Origin: Chiloscyllium plagiosum | Taxonomy: Eukaryota | Direction: 5' to 3' | Length of the DNA: 64,000 nt | Assembly: GCF_004010195.1 (NCBI RefSeq) | Contig: NC_057750.1 | Coordinates: forward strand, 16,198,550 to 16,262,549 | In this document: piece by piece, positions 63,580-64,000 of the stretch | How the letters are laid out: each line of letters begins with the position of its first letter | How positions within the stretch are numbered: the first letter of the stretch is position 1 | Made by a program: the position numbers and the translations under genes | Notes under the pieces: generated by a model | What the model saw: only the letters and a program-made list of their open reading frames with translations | The model's database searches: none | Told to the model about the DNA's origin: nothing

Positions 63580-64000
63580 TGTACAGCATGGAAACAGACC
63601 CTTCGCTCCAACTCGTCCATGCCGACCAGCTGTCCTAAACAGATCTAGTCCCATTTGTCAGCATTTAGCCCATATCCCTCTAAATCTTTCCTATTCATAT
63701 ACCCATCCAGATGTCTTTTAAATGTTGTAATTGTACCAGCCTCCACCACTTCCCCTGGCAGCTCATTTCATTCACGCACCACCCTCTGCGAGAAAATGTT
63801 GTCCCTTTTCCAATCTTTCCCGTCTCACCTTAAAGCTCTGCCCTCTAGTTTTGGACTCCCTCATCATGGGGAAAAGACCTTGCCTAATTACCCTATCCAT
63901 GCTCCTCATAATTTTATAAATCTCTGTACTTCTCAGCCTCTGACACTCCAAAGAAAACAGCCCCAGCCTTTTCAGCCTCTCCCTATAGCTCAAATCCTCC
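63580..64000 (-). mobile_element. CR1 3' fragment (continues beyond window)
   Basis: MSYRERLKRLGLFSLE..EIYKIMRSMDRV. Confidence 0.87.

Overview
Eukaryotic, repeat-dominated, intron-like DNA from an elasmobranch (shark/ray); the taxon is inferred from HE1-type V-SINEs with (ATCTA)n tails, shark-type CR1 LINEs and a SacSINE1-like Deu-SINE. There is no complete host gene. The only host-gene signal I can support is one well-defined 32-nt exon on the + strand (32848-32879), which I could not assign to a gene. The rest is layered mobile DNA: one near-full-length CR1, many truncated CR1s, two other degenerate LINEs, SINEs, two solo LTRs with TSDs, three TA-flanked Tc1/mariner-type MITEs and several Penelope-like element (PLE) remnants. 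The most interesting signal is RNA structure. At least four different PLE terminal-repeat families carry minimal type-I hammerhead ribozyme motifs whose stems I and II covary. Two copies have an intact core and lie in a 104-bp inverted repeat inside a young, rearranged PLE (23040-23378); older copies are mostly broken at the CpGs of the core. Also notable are a CR1 with twin-priming-type 5' inversion geometry carrying a CpG-rich 20/24-bp minisatellite at the junction, and a 142-bp tandem duplication with CCAAT/GC/TATA-like motifs. All family assignments are from recognition by eye, not database searches, and most TE boundaries are approximate.
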